Shown here piece after piece: positions 10,497 through 20,293 of a stretch of DNA of 64,000 nucleotides. A program made the position numbers and the translations under genes. Position 1 is the first letter of the stretch; every line of letters begins with the position of its first letter. The notes below the pieces were generated by a model, which did not search any database, had not been told where the DNA came from, and saw only the letters and a program-made list of their open reading frames with translations. The stretch is from Granulosicoccaceae bacterium (GTDB lineage: Bacteria; Pseudomonadota; Gammaproteobacteria; Granulosicoccales; Granulosicoccaceae). The stretch is taken from the NCBI GenBank assembly GCA_020629835.1, contig JAHDCO010000017.1:398-64397 (forward strand), read 5' to 3'.

Positions 10497-10667
10497 AGCT
10501 CTATCTCGACAGTCTGAAACTAAAGGCGATAGTGTGCCACGGCAGCCGGTTTGCCTTATCGGAATGGCGTCGCTGAGGCGCTTGCCCGCGACTTAACAGC
10601 CTGCGGGGCCGGGCATTCGGCTAAGTGGTGGTCTGGTTCAGGTTACAACGCGCTACCGCTGAACGCA

Positions 10668-13232
10668 TCACCGCATAATGGCGAGCGTGGTTTCCCCGCC
10701 CAGCAGTGTGGCTGCCGTGATGTCTGCTTCAGTAAACGCAATCGGTAACGGTACGCGGTTTGAGTAGGCTTCGGTTTGTGTGGTGTACCAGGGCTGTGCT
10801 GGGTTGGTGCTCTGGCCGTAGCTGACAAACCCGTAGGCTTCTGGTCCGTCTTCGTTGAACTGCAACCCAAAATGCCAGCTGGTGCCTCGGCCGATTCGCC
10901 AGCCCTCACCAGGCGTTGTAGACAACCCACCGGTGTTGATCAGCGTGGGTGGATTAACGCGCGGAATAACGGTGTTTTGCTGCTCGTTTGCATTCACGGG
11001 CTCGATGGCATTGAACGCACCGTCCAGGTCACCGCTACCACCATGCCACGGGAGTGCCGCGGCAAGCTCAGATGGTGCGCCACCGGGTTGTGCTCCGCCT
11101 GTTGGTCGGTACGTTTGCACTGAACCCAGTGTTGCGTCTAGCGGAATGGCCAGCGCGTTGAGAGCTTGTTTGGCGCGCAACAACGACTGCAACACCAGGT
11201 CATCAACCGTGCCTTTGTTTTGAGGCGGAAGCATAGCTGGCGTATTGACAGGATCGGTCGGGTCAAAGTCGATGATCGGGTCGAGCGCAGGACGCTGGAA
11301 TATCTCGGCCAGTAATAACCGAAACACATGAGCACCCACAGCGTCTGCATCATAGGTGCCGCTCCAGTTGATAAGAACATCGCAGGCGTCGGCCACCGAT
11401 TCTTCTGGCCCAATAGGTGACGGCACGGGTATGTCGCCAATCAATTGGCAACGCTCACGAACATCAGGTAGCAAGGCTTCGCTGAAAAAGGTTCGGTTGT
11501 TCCAAATGACGCGTAAGAGTTCTTGCGCGTTAAATAAGCCATCGGTACCTGCGGGAGTGGAATCATCGAACCCGGCCTCAGTGGGGTTTTGCAACATCGC
11601 AAGGCCCAACCGCGTGCGTGGGTTAAGTGGGGTTTCCTCACTACCTATTAATGGCGAATAACCGGTGAGTAGGGCCGCAGGATTCGTTGACCAATAGCTG
11701 TCATTGGAGTTTTGTACAAAATCATCACGCTCGAGTTTTGGAATGTCGGTGTAGGGCAGCCTGCCGTCACAAGGGCCCTCCAACCAGTCATCACGGGATG
11801 TACTGCCATCCAGAATAACCAATCCGCTGTTGTATAAATCGTTGGTTAACGGGTCGCTCAAACTGTTTGTTAACTGCGCTAGCGTTGCGTCGGACAAGTA
11901 TGGTACCGAACTGGAATCCATGTAGAACGCCTTGCCGGTTCTATCGGTGTAAATCGCGTTTGTCCATAACGTAGAACCGCATTGCTCAATGACCTGTTGA
12001 AAGCTCGCTAAGTCTGTTGCGGTTGCAAATCCTAACCACGTATCCAATACGGTTGTGTCGGCGTTTGCATCGCGGTAGGTGTACGCAAATTCGCCACCGG
12101 ACCAGGCAGGTAAGGCACCATTCGTTATGGCTGCCATCGACAGCATAGGGCCGTATTCGCTGTAGTAAATGTTGCGCTCCAACACGATAGGTGTACCCGT
12201 TCCGGTGGCCACACGCACTTGAATGTTACGTGACGTAATAGGCTTAGCTTCCCCGTCTTTGATGTACTGCATTGAATCATTCGGATCCAGAGTTAACCGA
12301 TAGGTGGTGAACCGGATGGACGTACTGTTTGTGTGTGTCCAGCCCACGTTATCGTTAAAGCCAATTAACGGTATCGCCGTACCAAGTAGGCCCGCCCCGT
12401 GAACATTGAGTTGATCGGGGATCGTTAACTGAGTCTGATACAGCCGTAACGCACCGGAGTACGGAAAGTGCGGATTGGCCAATAAAGCGCCTCGACCGTT
12501 TTCGGTTAGATCACTGCCGATAGCCCACGCATTACTCGCGGTAAGTTGTTCTTTGGCCGACCAGCGCATGGCTTCCGGATCCAACGATACGATATCGGGT
12601 AAGGGTGAAATATTTGGCGGAACGGCAGCCAAAATCGCACCCGTGGCAAACTGCTCGCCGCTAGCCAGTTGCGCCAGCCACCGGTAATACGCCAGCAGAT
12701 CGGCAGCATCGATGGTGCGTACCCAGTCGGCTTCGCGACACTCAGCAGGCCAGGTACTGGCATCACTGGTTGTAACGTAATGGTTGTAGCCGGCAACATA
12801 CCCATCCACCATAGCTTTCATGTTGTCGGATAATGAATCTACCGCTTCACGTGCACCGTCCAGCAATCCTAGTGCTCGATAACTGAAGTCAGATATGGCA
12901 TAGGCATCGTCTGGGCCGAAGCCAAAAAACTCCGCTCGTTCCCCGCGAACCTTTAAAAAACCATCGGCCAACACGCAAATGTTGTCTTCGGCTTGTGCAT
13001 ACCCGAGACCTGCAGTCACCGCCGCCAAATTGTCTGCACTAATATGGGGAACACCGCCTGTTGTGCGGCGAATCTTGGGCGCTAAAGGGCCGTTGCCTGC
13101 CGGATACAAGGTTAACGCAGCATGAGATGCCGGATCGGGGCCATTTGCAGAATTGGATGAGGACCCGGAGGAGCATCCTGAAATGACAACAGCACAAAAT
13201 ACCAAAGTAGAAAAAAGTCGTACCATGGTCAT
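10668..13232 (-). CDS. penicillin acylase family Ntn-hydrolase lipoprotein (PvdQ/aculeacin/AHL acylase-like)
   Basis: Lipobox VISGC, IRRTTGGVPHI, GYAQAEDN, beta-chain start SNAWAIG, LLANPHFP and NSNDSYW. Confidence 0.88.
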   Translation of the reverse strand: MTMVRLFSTLVFCAVVISGCSSGSSSNSANGPDPASHAALTLYPAGNGPLAPKIRRTTGGVPHISADNLAAVTAGLGYAQAEDNICVLADGFLKVRGERAEFFGFGPDDAYAISDFSYRALGLLDGAREAVDSLSDNMKAMVDGYVAGYNHYVTTSDASTWPAECREADWVRTIDAADLLAYYRWLAQLASGEQFATGAILAAVPPNISPLPDIVSLDPEAMRWSAKEQLTASNAWAIGSDLTENGRGALLANPHFPYSGALRLYQTQLTIPDQLNVHGAGLLGTAIPLIGFNDNVGWTHTNSTSIRFTTYRLTLDPNDSMQYIKDGEAKPITSRNIQVRVATGTGTPIVLERNIYYSEYGPMLSMAAITNGALPAWSGGEFAYTYRDANADTTVLDTWLGFATATDLASFQQVIEQCGSTLWTNAIYTDRTGKAFYMDSSSVPYLSDATLAQLTNSLSDPLTNDLYNSGLVILDGSTSRDDWLEGPCDGRLPYTDIPKLERDDFVQNSNDSYWSTNPAALLTGYSPLIGSEETPLNPRTRLGLAMLQNPTEAGFDDSTPAGTDGLFNAQELLRVIWNNRTFFSEALLPDVRERCQLIGDIPVPSPIGPEESVADACDVLINWSGTYDADAVGAHVFRLLLAEIFQRPALDPIIDFDPTDPVNTPAMLPPQNKGTVDDLVLQSLLRAKQALNALAIPLDATLGSVQTYRPTGGAQPGGAPSELAAALPWHGGSGDLDGAFNAIEPVNANEQQNTVIPRVNPPTLINTGGLSTTPGEGWRIGRGTSWHFGLQFNEDGPEAYGFVSYGQSTNPAQPWYTTQTEAYSNRVPLPIAFTEADITAATLLGGETTLAIMR

Positions 13233-13293
13233 AGTAGACGCCCTTGTTTCATATCATCCATATGCACTTCAACACTGTAACTGATTAAGCGAT

Positions 13294-14166
13294 ATGAGTC
13301 TGACCCAAAGTCAATTGCAATCAGTTCTCAAACACATTACAAACGGTGAACGCGTTGTTTTGATAACGCTCACTGAGGTTAAAGGCTCTGCGCCCAGAGG
13401 TGTTGGGACAGCGATGGCGGTATTGCAAAATGATACCGTGGGTACCATTGGTGGAGGGCGTTTGGAATACGAGGCGTGTGCGTTAGCCCAACAGACGCTT
13501 TCAGGCGATAACGTCACGACCTTTACTCGGCGGTATGCCCTGGGTGACAGCCTGGGTCAATGCTGTGGTGGGTCTGTGCTTGTCTTGTTTGAGTGCATGG
13601 ATTCAGATGACGAGCGTTGGATAACTGACGCGTTGTGCCACCTTGGTCAGGGTTCTGTTTATGAACGAACCGTGGACGACGTGTTTCGCCACGTGTTTAA
13701 GCCCAACCAGGCCCATCTGGTGTTATGCGGTGCGGGTCATGTCGGTAAAGCGTTGGTGCATGTTCTACAAAACACACCGATCAATGTGCACTGGGTGGAT
13801 GAACGCGCCGAGCAGTTTCCGTCAATCGTTGAATCGAATGTGCACTGTGAAATAACCGACACTGCCGATGTGGTGGTTCGACGTGCGCCTGCTAACAGTG
13901 CCGTGTTGATAACCACGCACCGGCACGATTTAGATTTTCACTTGGCCGAAACCGCTTTAAAAAGACATGACCTTGCTTATGTTGGATTGATTGGCTCACG
14001 ATCAAAACGTGCACGCTTTGAACGGCTGATGCAACAGCGTCATGGAGATGCTCTCGACACAGATCGATTGGTTTGTCCAATAGGCGAGGGCGGGCCCACC
14101 GGAAAAGAGCCTGCGGTTCTGGCGGTGGCTGTGGCTAACGAAATTCTTAAAACGGTTTTGGTATAA
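13294..14166 (+). CDS. xdhC: xanthine dehydrogenase accessory protein XdhC
   Basis: KGSAPR, GTIGGGRLE, LGQCCGG, GAGHVG, THRHDLD and GLIGSRSKR. Confidence 0.92.
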   Translation: MSLTQSQLQSVLKHITNGERVVLITLTEVKGSAPRGVGTAMAVLQNDTVGTIGGGRLEYEACALAQQTLSGDNVTTFTRRYALGDSLGQCCGGSVLVLFECMDSDDERWITDALCHLGQGSVYERTVDDVFRHVFKPNQAHLVLCGAGHVGKALVHVLQNTPINVHWVDERAEQFPSIVESNVHCEITDTADVVVRRAPANSAVLITTHRHDLDFHLAETALKRHDLAYVGLIGSRSKRARFERLMQQRHGDALDTDRLVCPIGEGGPTGKEPAVLAVAVANEILKTVLV

Positions 14167-14245
14167 ACCGACGAGCGTTAAGGTTCAAAGACACCCACGC
14201 GCTTAGTTAAGTCCATCACGTTAATAGCGCGTTGTCGTTAACGTT

Positions 14246-15079
14246 TTACCCATTTTGCGTTGGCACTGCGGCGTGGCGGTGCATGTCCTTATACAGCAGA
14301 TACCGAAAATCCACTTCCCCACCCGCGTAACACGCCTGGGGGCAGAACGCACGTAGGCTGATGAAGTCACCGGCTTCTACTTCAACCCAGTCCTGATTCA
14401 GTCGGTACACGCCTTTGCCTTGCAACATAAACAGCCCATGTTCCATCACGTGAGTTTCCAAAAACGGAATCACAGCACCCGGCTTTAACGTAACGATAGT
14501 AACGTGCATGTCATGTCGAACATCATCAGGATCAACAAAGCGGGTAGTGCACCACGCGCCATTTGTGTCAGGCATAGCCGTGGGTTCAACATCCCATTCA
14601 TGTTTTATCACAGCTTCCGGTGTATCGATGCCATTAACGGCGTGGTATCGACGGCGAATCCATTGAAAGGTTGCTGCTGTTGATGTGTCCTTGTTGTGCA
14701 GCGTCCAGTTTGTGTGCGGTGGAATGAATGCAAAGTGGCCCGGTTTTACGGTTTGCTCTTTACCGTTAAGCGTTAATTGCAATTCCCCACTGGTAATAAA
14801 CAAGGCATGTTCCATTAATGGATCATCATCGGGTTTATTACTGCCACCGCCCGGGTTCACTTCCACCATGTATTGCGAAAACGTGGTGGCGAAACCGGCA
14901 ATCGGTCGATGTAATACCCACACCCGTGTGGCCTCCCAATGTGGCAGACGAATGGTTACGATGTCGGTATTACAACCTTTTGGGATAACCGTATACGCTG
15001 GTGTAACCACGGCGCGATCGGTGGCAGACATCAATTGCGATTGCGGTGGCAATCCGCCCGTTGGGCTGTAGTAACTCAT
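14246..15079 (-). CDS. ylbA: (S)-ureidoglycine aminohydrolase (cupin, YlbA/AllE type)
   Basis: YYSPTGGLPPQ, TFSQY, DMHVTIV, ETHVMEHG and YLLYKD. Confidence 0.88.
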   Translation of the reverse strand: MSYYSPTGGLPPQSQLMSATDRAVVTPAYTVIPKGCNTDIVTIRLPHWEATRVWVLHRPIAGFATTFSQYMVEVNPGGGSNKPDDDPLMEHALFITSGELQLTLNGKEQTVKPGHFAFIPPHTNWTLHNKDTSTAATFQWIRRRYHAVNGIDTPEAVIKHEWDVEPTAMPDTNGAWCTTRFVDPDDVRHDMHVTIVTLKPGAVIPFLETHVMEHGLFMLQGKGVYRLNQDWVEVEAGDFISLRAFCPQACYAGGEVDFRYLLYKDMHRHAAVPTQNG

Positions 15080-16269
15080 GGATTTAAACTCTGGTACCAG
15101 GCGCCAATGGTGGCTCGCTCTTCTTCGGTGATGTTGGTGAGGTTACCTATGGGCATCGCTCGCAACACAACCGTTTGTTGATAAATCGTTTCGGCTTGGC
15201 GACGCGTTTCCTCTGGCGTATTGAATACGATGCCTTGTGGGGGAGCGGTGAAGCCGGCTTGTGAAGGAACATCTGCATGGCACGATGCGCATCGGTTAGA
15301 CACAATAGTGTGCACGTCGGCAAGGGTGGGTACCGGTGCATCTGCGGCTAATGGTACTGTTGGACGTGGTGTTAGTACGGCGGCGATAACGGCTAAGAGT
15401 CCAAACGCAACGGCAAGCGGTATCCAGGAGGGTCGTCCAAAATGACGCTGTACAAACCAAACCCGGATGGCAGCTCCAGCCACCGATAAGCCAATAAGAA
15501 TAAGCCAGTTGTACGCGTGCGAATACAACATCGCGTAGTGGTTACTGATCATGACCAGTAACACCGGTAGCGTAAAGTAGGTGTTGTGTACCGAGCGCTG
15601 CTTCGCGCGTATGCCATGGATAGGGTCGGGTGCCCGGCCTTGTTCTTTGGCTGCGACTAAATCCCGTTGCCCGGGCATGATAACCATCGCCACATTGCCC
15701 ACCATCATGGTACCTAACATGGCCCCGAAGTGAATGAACGCACCTCGGCCTGAAAACAGTTGACACAGAACAAAAGCCGTAACGCTTAAAAACACGAACA
15801 ACAACAGCGTCATGGTGCGTTCGTTTTGTCCGAATTTCGATCGGCACAAGCCGTCGTAGGCTAACCAACCGCCCGCAATACAAACAATGCCAATGATCAC
15901 CGCAACCGGTTTGGATACATTGGAAACCCCGGGATCGATTAAGTAAATTTCTGCCTGATACCAGTACATCAGTACCAACAGGAACATACCGGTTATCCAC
16001 GTGGTGTATGCCTCCCACTTAAACCAATGCAGGTTCTCCGGAAGGCTTGGCGGTGCGACTTTGTATTTTTGTGAATGATAAAAACCGCCACCATGAACCG
16101 CCCATAATTCACCACCGACACCTTGGCTTATCTGGGCATCTTGTTTGGGTGCCTCTAAATGGTTATCAAGCCAAATAAAATAAAAGGACGCCCCAATCCA
16201 GGCGATGCCTGTAATGACATGCGCCCATCGGCCCAATAAGTTGAGCCATTCAAGGATGTAGCCTTCCAT
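15076..16269 (-). CDS. puuD: urate hydroxylase PuuD (membrane domain plus C-terminal cytochrome c)
   Basis: RWAHVITGIAWIGASFYF, VHGGGFY, LHWFKWEAY and RSVHNTY; CASCH heme motif. Confidence 0.92.
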   Translation of the reverse strand: MEGYILEWLNLLGRWAHVITGIAWIGASFYFIWLDNHLEAPKQDAQISQGVGGELWAVHGGGFYHSQKYKVAPPSLPENLHWFKWEAYTTWITGMFLLVLMYWYQAEIYLIDPGVSNVSKPVAVIIGIVCIAGGWLAYDGLCRSKFGQNERTMTLLLFVFLSVTAFVLCQLFSGRGAFIHFGAMLGTMMVGNVAMVIMPGQRDLVAAKEQGRAPDPIHGIRAKQRSVHNTYFTLPVLLVMISNHYAMLYSHAYNWLILIGLSVAGAAIRVWFVQRHFGRPSWIPLAVAFGLLAVIAAVLTPRPTVPLAADAPVPTLADVHTIVSNRCASCHADVPSQAGFTAPPQGIVFNTPEETRRQAETIYQQTVVLRAMPIGNLTNITEEERATIGAWYQSLNP

Positions 16270-16272
16270 GAA

Positions 16273-16626
16273 TTAACTGCCTCGGTAAGTGGAGTAGCCA
16301 AACGGAGAAATTAACAACGGCACGTGATAATGCTGATCAGGATTTTCCACGCCAAAACGGATCACAACGTCATCCAGAAATGCGTTTTCGTTTAGATCAA
16401 GTCCGGCGGAACGAAAATAATTGCCAGCAGCAAAACTGAGCTGATAGCGACCTGCCAGAAGGGCATCATCGGCCAACAGGGGTTCATCCACGCGGCCATC
16501 AGCGTTCGTGGTGACCGTTTTCAACGCTACCCATGCGTTACCGTCAAAACGGCTTAATTCGATATCGATGCCGTTGCCCGGGTGGCCATGAGCGGTATCC
16601 AGTACGTGTGTGGTTAAGCGGCCCAT
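16273..16626 (-). CDS. uraH: 5-hydroxyisourate hydrolase (transthyretin-like)
   Basis: MGRLTTHVLDTAHG, TNADGR, HYHVPLL and C-terminal YRGS. Confidence 0.95.
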   Translation of the reverse strand: MGRLTTHVLDTAHGHPGNGIDIELSRFDGNAWVALKTVTTNADGRVDEPLLADDALLAGRYQLSFAAGNYFRSAGLDLNENAFLDDVVIRFGVENPDQHYHVPLLISPFGYSTYRGS

Positions 16627-16742
16627 GGCCTTGTCCTTCATTTAACTTTGCTGATACAGAGTGTAGCGGTAAGCTCTACCAAAAACGCCCGAATACCGAC
16701 TATATTGGGCCCCAGTCTATGATGTTGAGCCGCGATCCACTC

Positions 16743-18206
16743 ATGAACGATAGTCAAAAAACGCCTTTTGAAGATTGGGTGCTGCCAGGCACGTCCGATT
16801 TGGACCGAGCCAGCTTTGTGGCCAAATTTGGCGACCTGTACGAGCACTCGCCCTGGATGGCAGAACGACTCTGGGAAAACGGGCTAAACGTCTCTCACAA
16901 CTCTGTGGAGGGGCTGGTTCGGGGGTTTCGAGAAATTTTGGAACAGGCCACGTTTGAAGAGCGATTGGGCTTAATCAATGCGCACCCGGATTTAGCAGGA
17001 AAAGCGGCGGTGGCTGGAGAGCTGACAACGGCATCCACGACGGAGCAGGCGAGCGCCGGTTTAGACCAATGCAGCGAAGAAGAGCTTCAGCGCTTCACCA
17101 ATTTGAACACACAATACAAAACCAAATTTGGTCACCCTTTCATCATGGCGGTGCGTAACAGCAATCGGCATGAGATCCTGGCAGGTTTTGAGTCGCGATT
17201 ACCCAATTCGCCCAGCGTAGAGTTTGCCCAAGCCATTCATCAGATACATCGAATTGCACGGTTCCGATTGACCGCTCTTGCCTCGCGTGCTCCTTACGCT
17301 CGAGACCTCGTCGGGTACAGCGAAACCCCACCGCCAGTGCAGTGGCCGAATAACGCCCGAGTGGCTGTGCAATTTGTTGTGAACTATGAGGAAGGTGGTG
17401 AGAACTGTGTGTTGCATGGCGATGCCGCGTCCGAAGCGTTTCTTTCTGAGATAGTCGGTGCGGCAGCGTTACCGGGTGTGCGGCATATGAACATGGAATC
17501 GATTTACGAATACGGTTCGCGAGCAGGTTTTTGGCGATTGCACCGGATGTTTACTGAACGCGATATGCCGGTAACCGTGTTTGCGGTTGCCATGGCTTTA
17601 CAAAGAAACCCCGAAGCGGTAGCGGCGATGCTCCGGTCGAATTGGGAGATTGCCTCCCATGGATACCGATGGATTGATTATCAGTACATGAGTGAAGCTG
17701 AAGAGCGCGAACATATGCAAATGGCTATTGACATTCATACTGAAGCAACGGGCCATCGCCCGGTGGGTTGGTATTTAGGCCGGTGCAGCCCAAACTCTCA
17801 CCGACTGGCGGCAGAAGAAGGCGGGTTTTTGTATAACGCCGATAGTTACGCGGATGAACTGCCTTACTGGCAATGCGATGGCGAACACGTACAGCTCATG
17901 GTGCCTTACACCCTGGATGCCAATGACATGCGGTTTGCCACGAACCAGGGTTTTAATTCCGGTGAGCAGTTTTACCAATACCTTAAAGACAGTTTTGATG
18001 TGTTGTATGCCGAAGGTGAGAATGCACCGAAGATGATGTCCATCGGTTTACATTGCCGGTTAGTGGGAAGGCCGGGGCGAGCCGCAGCGTTAATGCGGTT
18101 TCTGGATTATGTAAAGTCTCACGATAAGGCCTGGGTTTGCACACGCCAACAGATCGCTGAACATTGGCGACAGCATCACCCGTTGCCCAATGCGCATGCT
18201 GAGTAA
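16743..18206 (+). CDS. puuE: fusion of OHCU decarboxylase (UraD, N-terminal) and allantoinase PuuE (C-terminal)
   Basis: YEHSPW, HPDLAG, EQASAGL and KFGHPFI (UraD), then in frame RDLVGY, NYEEGGE, YEYGSRAG, HGYRW and LHCRLVGRPGR (PuuE). Start ATG 16743 or 16719. Confidence 0.9.
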   Translation: MNDSQKTPFEDWVLPGTSDLDRASFVAKFGDLYEHSPWMAERLWENGLNVSHNSVEGLVRGFREILEQATFEERLGLINAHPDLAGKAAVAGELTTASTTEQASAGLDQCSEEELQRFTNLNTQYKTKFGHPFIMAVRNSNRHEILAGFESRLPNSPSVEFAQAIHQIHRIARFRLTALASRAPYARDLVGYSETPPPVQWPNNARVAVQFVVNYEEGGENCVLHGDAASEAFLSEIVGAAALPGVRHMNMESIYEYGSRAGFWRLHRMFTERDMPVTVFAVAMALQRNPEAVAAMLRSNWEIASHGYRWIDYQYMSEAEEREHMQMAIDIHTEATGHRPVGWYLGRCSPNSHRLAAEEGGFLYNADSYADELPYWQCDGEHVQLMVPYTLDANDMRFATNQGFNSGEQFYQYLKDSFDVLYAEGENAPKMMSIGLHCRLVGRPGRAAALMRFLDYVKSHDKAWVCTRQQIAEHWRQHHPLPNAHAE

Positions 18207-18209
18207 GTT

Positions 18210-18728
18210 ATGAACGCAACAGACATACACGTGCAACCATTGGATGCCGCGACATTCGCACCGTTTGGTGATGTTATCGAACTGGGTGATACCCCGACAC
18301 AGATTATCAATCAAGGTAACTGCGAGCGTTTTACGGATTTGGCGCAGCTGTCGTTTATTAACGGTGGTACCGCCGGTATCAGTTTGTTTAACGCTAAACC
18401 TTACAAACTGCCTCATACACTTAACTTGTTAGAACGCCATCCGTTGGGTAGCCAGGCGTTTATACCGCTGCACAATGAACCCTTTCTCGTCATTGTGGCG
18501 CACGACAGTGATGGTAAGCCCGTGAACCCAGTAGCGTTTGCAACAACGGGCAAGCAAGCGGTTAATTATCATCGTAATACGTGGCACGGGGTGCTGACAC
18601 CCGTCGGTGTGCAACCGCTGTTTGTGGTGGTTGATCGAATTGGTGGTGAGGGCAGTAATTTGGAGGAGCACCATGCGGATACCGCGTGGCAGGTGCATGA
18701 TGTCAACAACTTGCTGGGTGTGGGTTAG
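18210..18728 (+). CDS. allA: ureidoglycolate lyase
   Basis: FAPFGDVI, LERHPLGSQAF, NYHRNTWH and VVDRIG. Confidence 0.92.
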   Translation: MNATDIHVQPLDAATFAPFGDVIELGDTPTQIINQGNCERFTDLAQLSFINGGTAGISLFNAKPYKLPHTLNLLERHPLGSQAFIPLHNEPFLVIVAHDSDGKPVNPVAFATTGKQAVNYHRNTWHGVLTPVGVQPLFVVVDRIGGEGSNLEEHHADTAWQVHDVNNLLGVG

Positions 18729-18752
18729 CTTTATGTATGAATTAAATACGCC

Positions 18753-19487
18753 GTGAGTTTTCTGGTAACCGGTGCGTCCAGCGGTATTGGCCGAGCTGTG
18801 GCATTCGCATTAGCGGCGCAGGAGCAAGAGGTTATCGCCGTGGCAAGGCGTGGATCTGAGTTAAATGCGCTCAAGAGCCACTATCCCGATTTGATTCGAA
18901 CCGTACAGGCAGATGTTGCAACCGAAGCAGGGCGTTCGGAAATAATCGATTCAGTGAACCTTCTCGATGCATTGCATGGCGTCGTTCATGCTGCTGGCAC
19001 GACGGTACGTCCGGAGGCGTACTCAGCACTCAATACAAACGAGCTGTTGTCGCACATGAATGTTCATGTCATGGCACCGATTGCGCTAAATAATCAACTG
19101 ATTTCGAAGCTAAACAACGCACGTGTGGTGTACATCGACTCGTTTTCAGCGGCGCAGCCACGACCGGGTTGGGTGGGCTATTCCATGGTTAAGGCAGCCG
19201 CTCAAATGGCTGCAAAATCAGCGGCGGTAGAGGCAACCGCTTACCGTGTCATTCGACTATTCCCTGGCGCTGTTGCAACACCTTTAGTTGATGAAGTTCT
19301 TAACGCTGCAAAAATTTCCGAAACGGTTAAGTTGTTTAAGCGATTAAGAGATAATAATGAGCTTGTGCAACCCGAACGGGTTGGAGACTACGTAACGTCA
19401 ATACTATTGCACGCAAGCGACGCTCAATTAGATACGCGAGAGTATTGGGACTTTACTTGCGATGACTTCACGGCGCAGAAAAGTTAG
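18753..19487 (+). CDS. short-chain dehydrogenase/reductase
   Basis: TGASSGIG cofactor motif and YSMVK catalytic YxxxK. Confidence 0.85.
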   Translation: MSFLVTGASSGIGRAVAFALAAQEQEVIAVARRGSELNALKSHYPDLIRTVQADVATEAGRSEIIDSVNLLDALHGVVHAAGTTVRPEAYSALNTNELLSHMNVHVMAPIALNNQLISKLNNARVVYIDSFSAAQPRPGWVGYSMVKAAAQMAAKSAAVEATAYRVIRLFPGAVATPLVDEVLNAAKISETVKLFKRLRDNNELVQPERVGDYVTSILLHASDAQLDTREYWDFTCDDFTAQKS

Positions 19488-19600
19488 GTAAAAATAAAAA
19501 GCAACTAATCGTTTTTCCGGTCAAGAAAATGCCGCGGAAAAATTACCTTTCCCTAATGTGAAATCGTGTTGTAAGGTCTGGCCTCACTGACTGACAGACC

Positions 19601-20209
19601 TTGTGGCGCACTATGAAATTACTACGATCAATGATGTTGTTTTTGGGCATGATTACCGGCGGAATACTTCATGCTGAAAATTTACCCACCATTAAAGATG
19701 TCACCCTAAACGGGGACGAATTATCCTGGGGTGCAATAGAGGGGGCGCAAGGTTATAACATTTACCTCGACTACCGATACTACGTTACCGTGACTGAGGG
19801 CACGAGCTATACCCTGGTCGAGCCTGGAGACTATGTTGTCGTGTGGTTCGACGCGGAAGGCAACTTCAGTCCAAACGGCGGGCTGGATGAAAACGGGGAA
19901 TACATCGTGCCGATTGAGTATGACGGTGAAGGTGCACAGAACGTACGATACAACTACTCCTATTACACATTACAGGTTTACACCACCTGTACAGACGTTG
20001 GTCCCGGAGAAACCTGTGTTGCGCGTTGCCCATCGAATTATGTGGATGATTTTTATGGAACAATCTACCCGCGTTACATTTCCGGTGGAGCTTGCAGCAC
20101 GTCGGATATTGTCGAAGCGGACGCGTTTATTGATGATCGCGCCTATCGCTGTACGGTACCAACGTTTTCAGGGGAAGTGGTTGCACAAGCGGTTTGTGTT
20201 GTGCGCTAG
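19601..20209 (+). CDS. secreted hypothetical protein with six-Cys C-terminal domain
   Basis: Signal peptide ending ILHA; clean long ORF; no family recognised. Confidence 0.7.
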   Translation: MWRTMKLLRSMMLFLGMITGGILHAENLPTIKDVTLNGDELSWGAIEGAQGYNIYLDYRYYVTVTEGTSYTLVEPGDYVVVWFDAEGNFSPNGGLDENGEYIVPIEYDGEGAQNVRYNYSYYTLQVYTTCTDVGPGETCVARCPSNYVDDFYGTIYPRYISGGACSTSDIVEADAFIDDRAYRCTVPTFSGEVVAQAVCVVR

Positions 20210-20293
20210 CCCGTTGTATCAGTTCACGCGGTTTAGTGAATAGCCCAGTTGTATCGTGGCGTATTCACTTTACCGCCTGGCTATTCAACGTCC

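Noticed and set aside
10497-10667. Riboswitch ahead of the GcvT-family gene
   Set aside because: GC-rich, but no glycine, THF or cobalamin consensus recognised.
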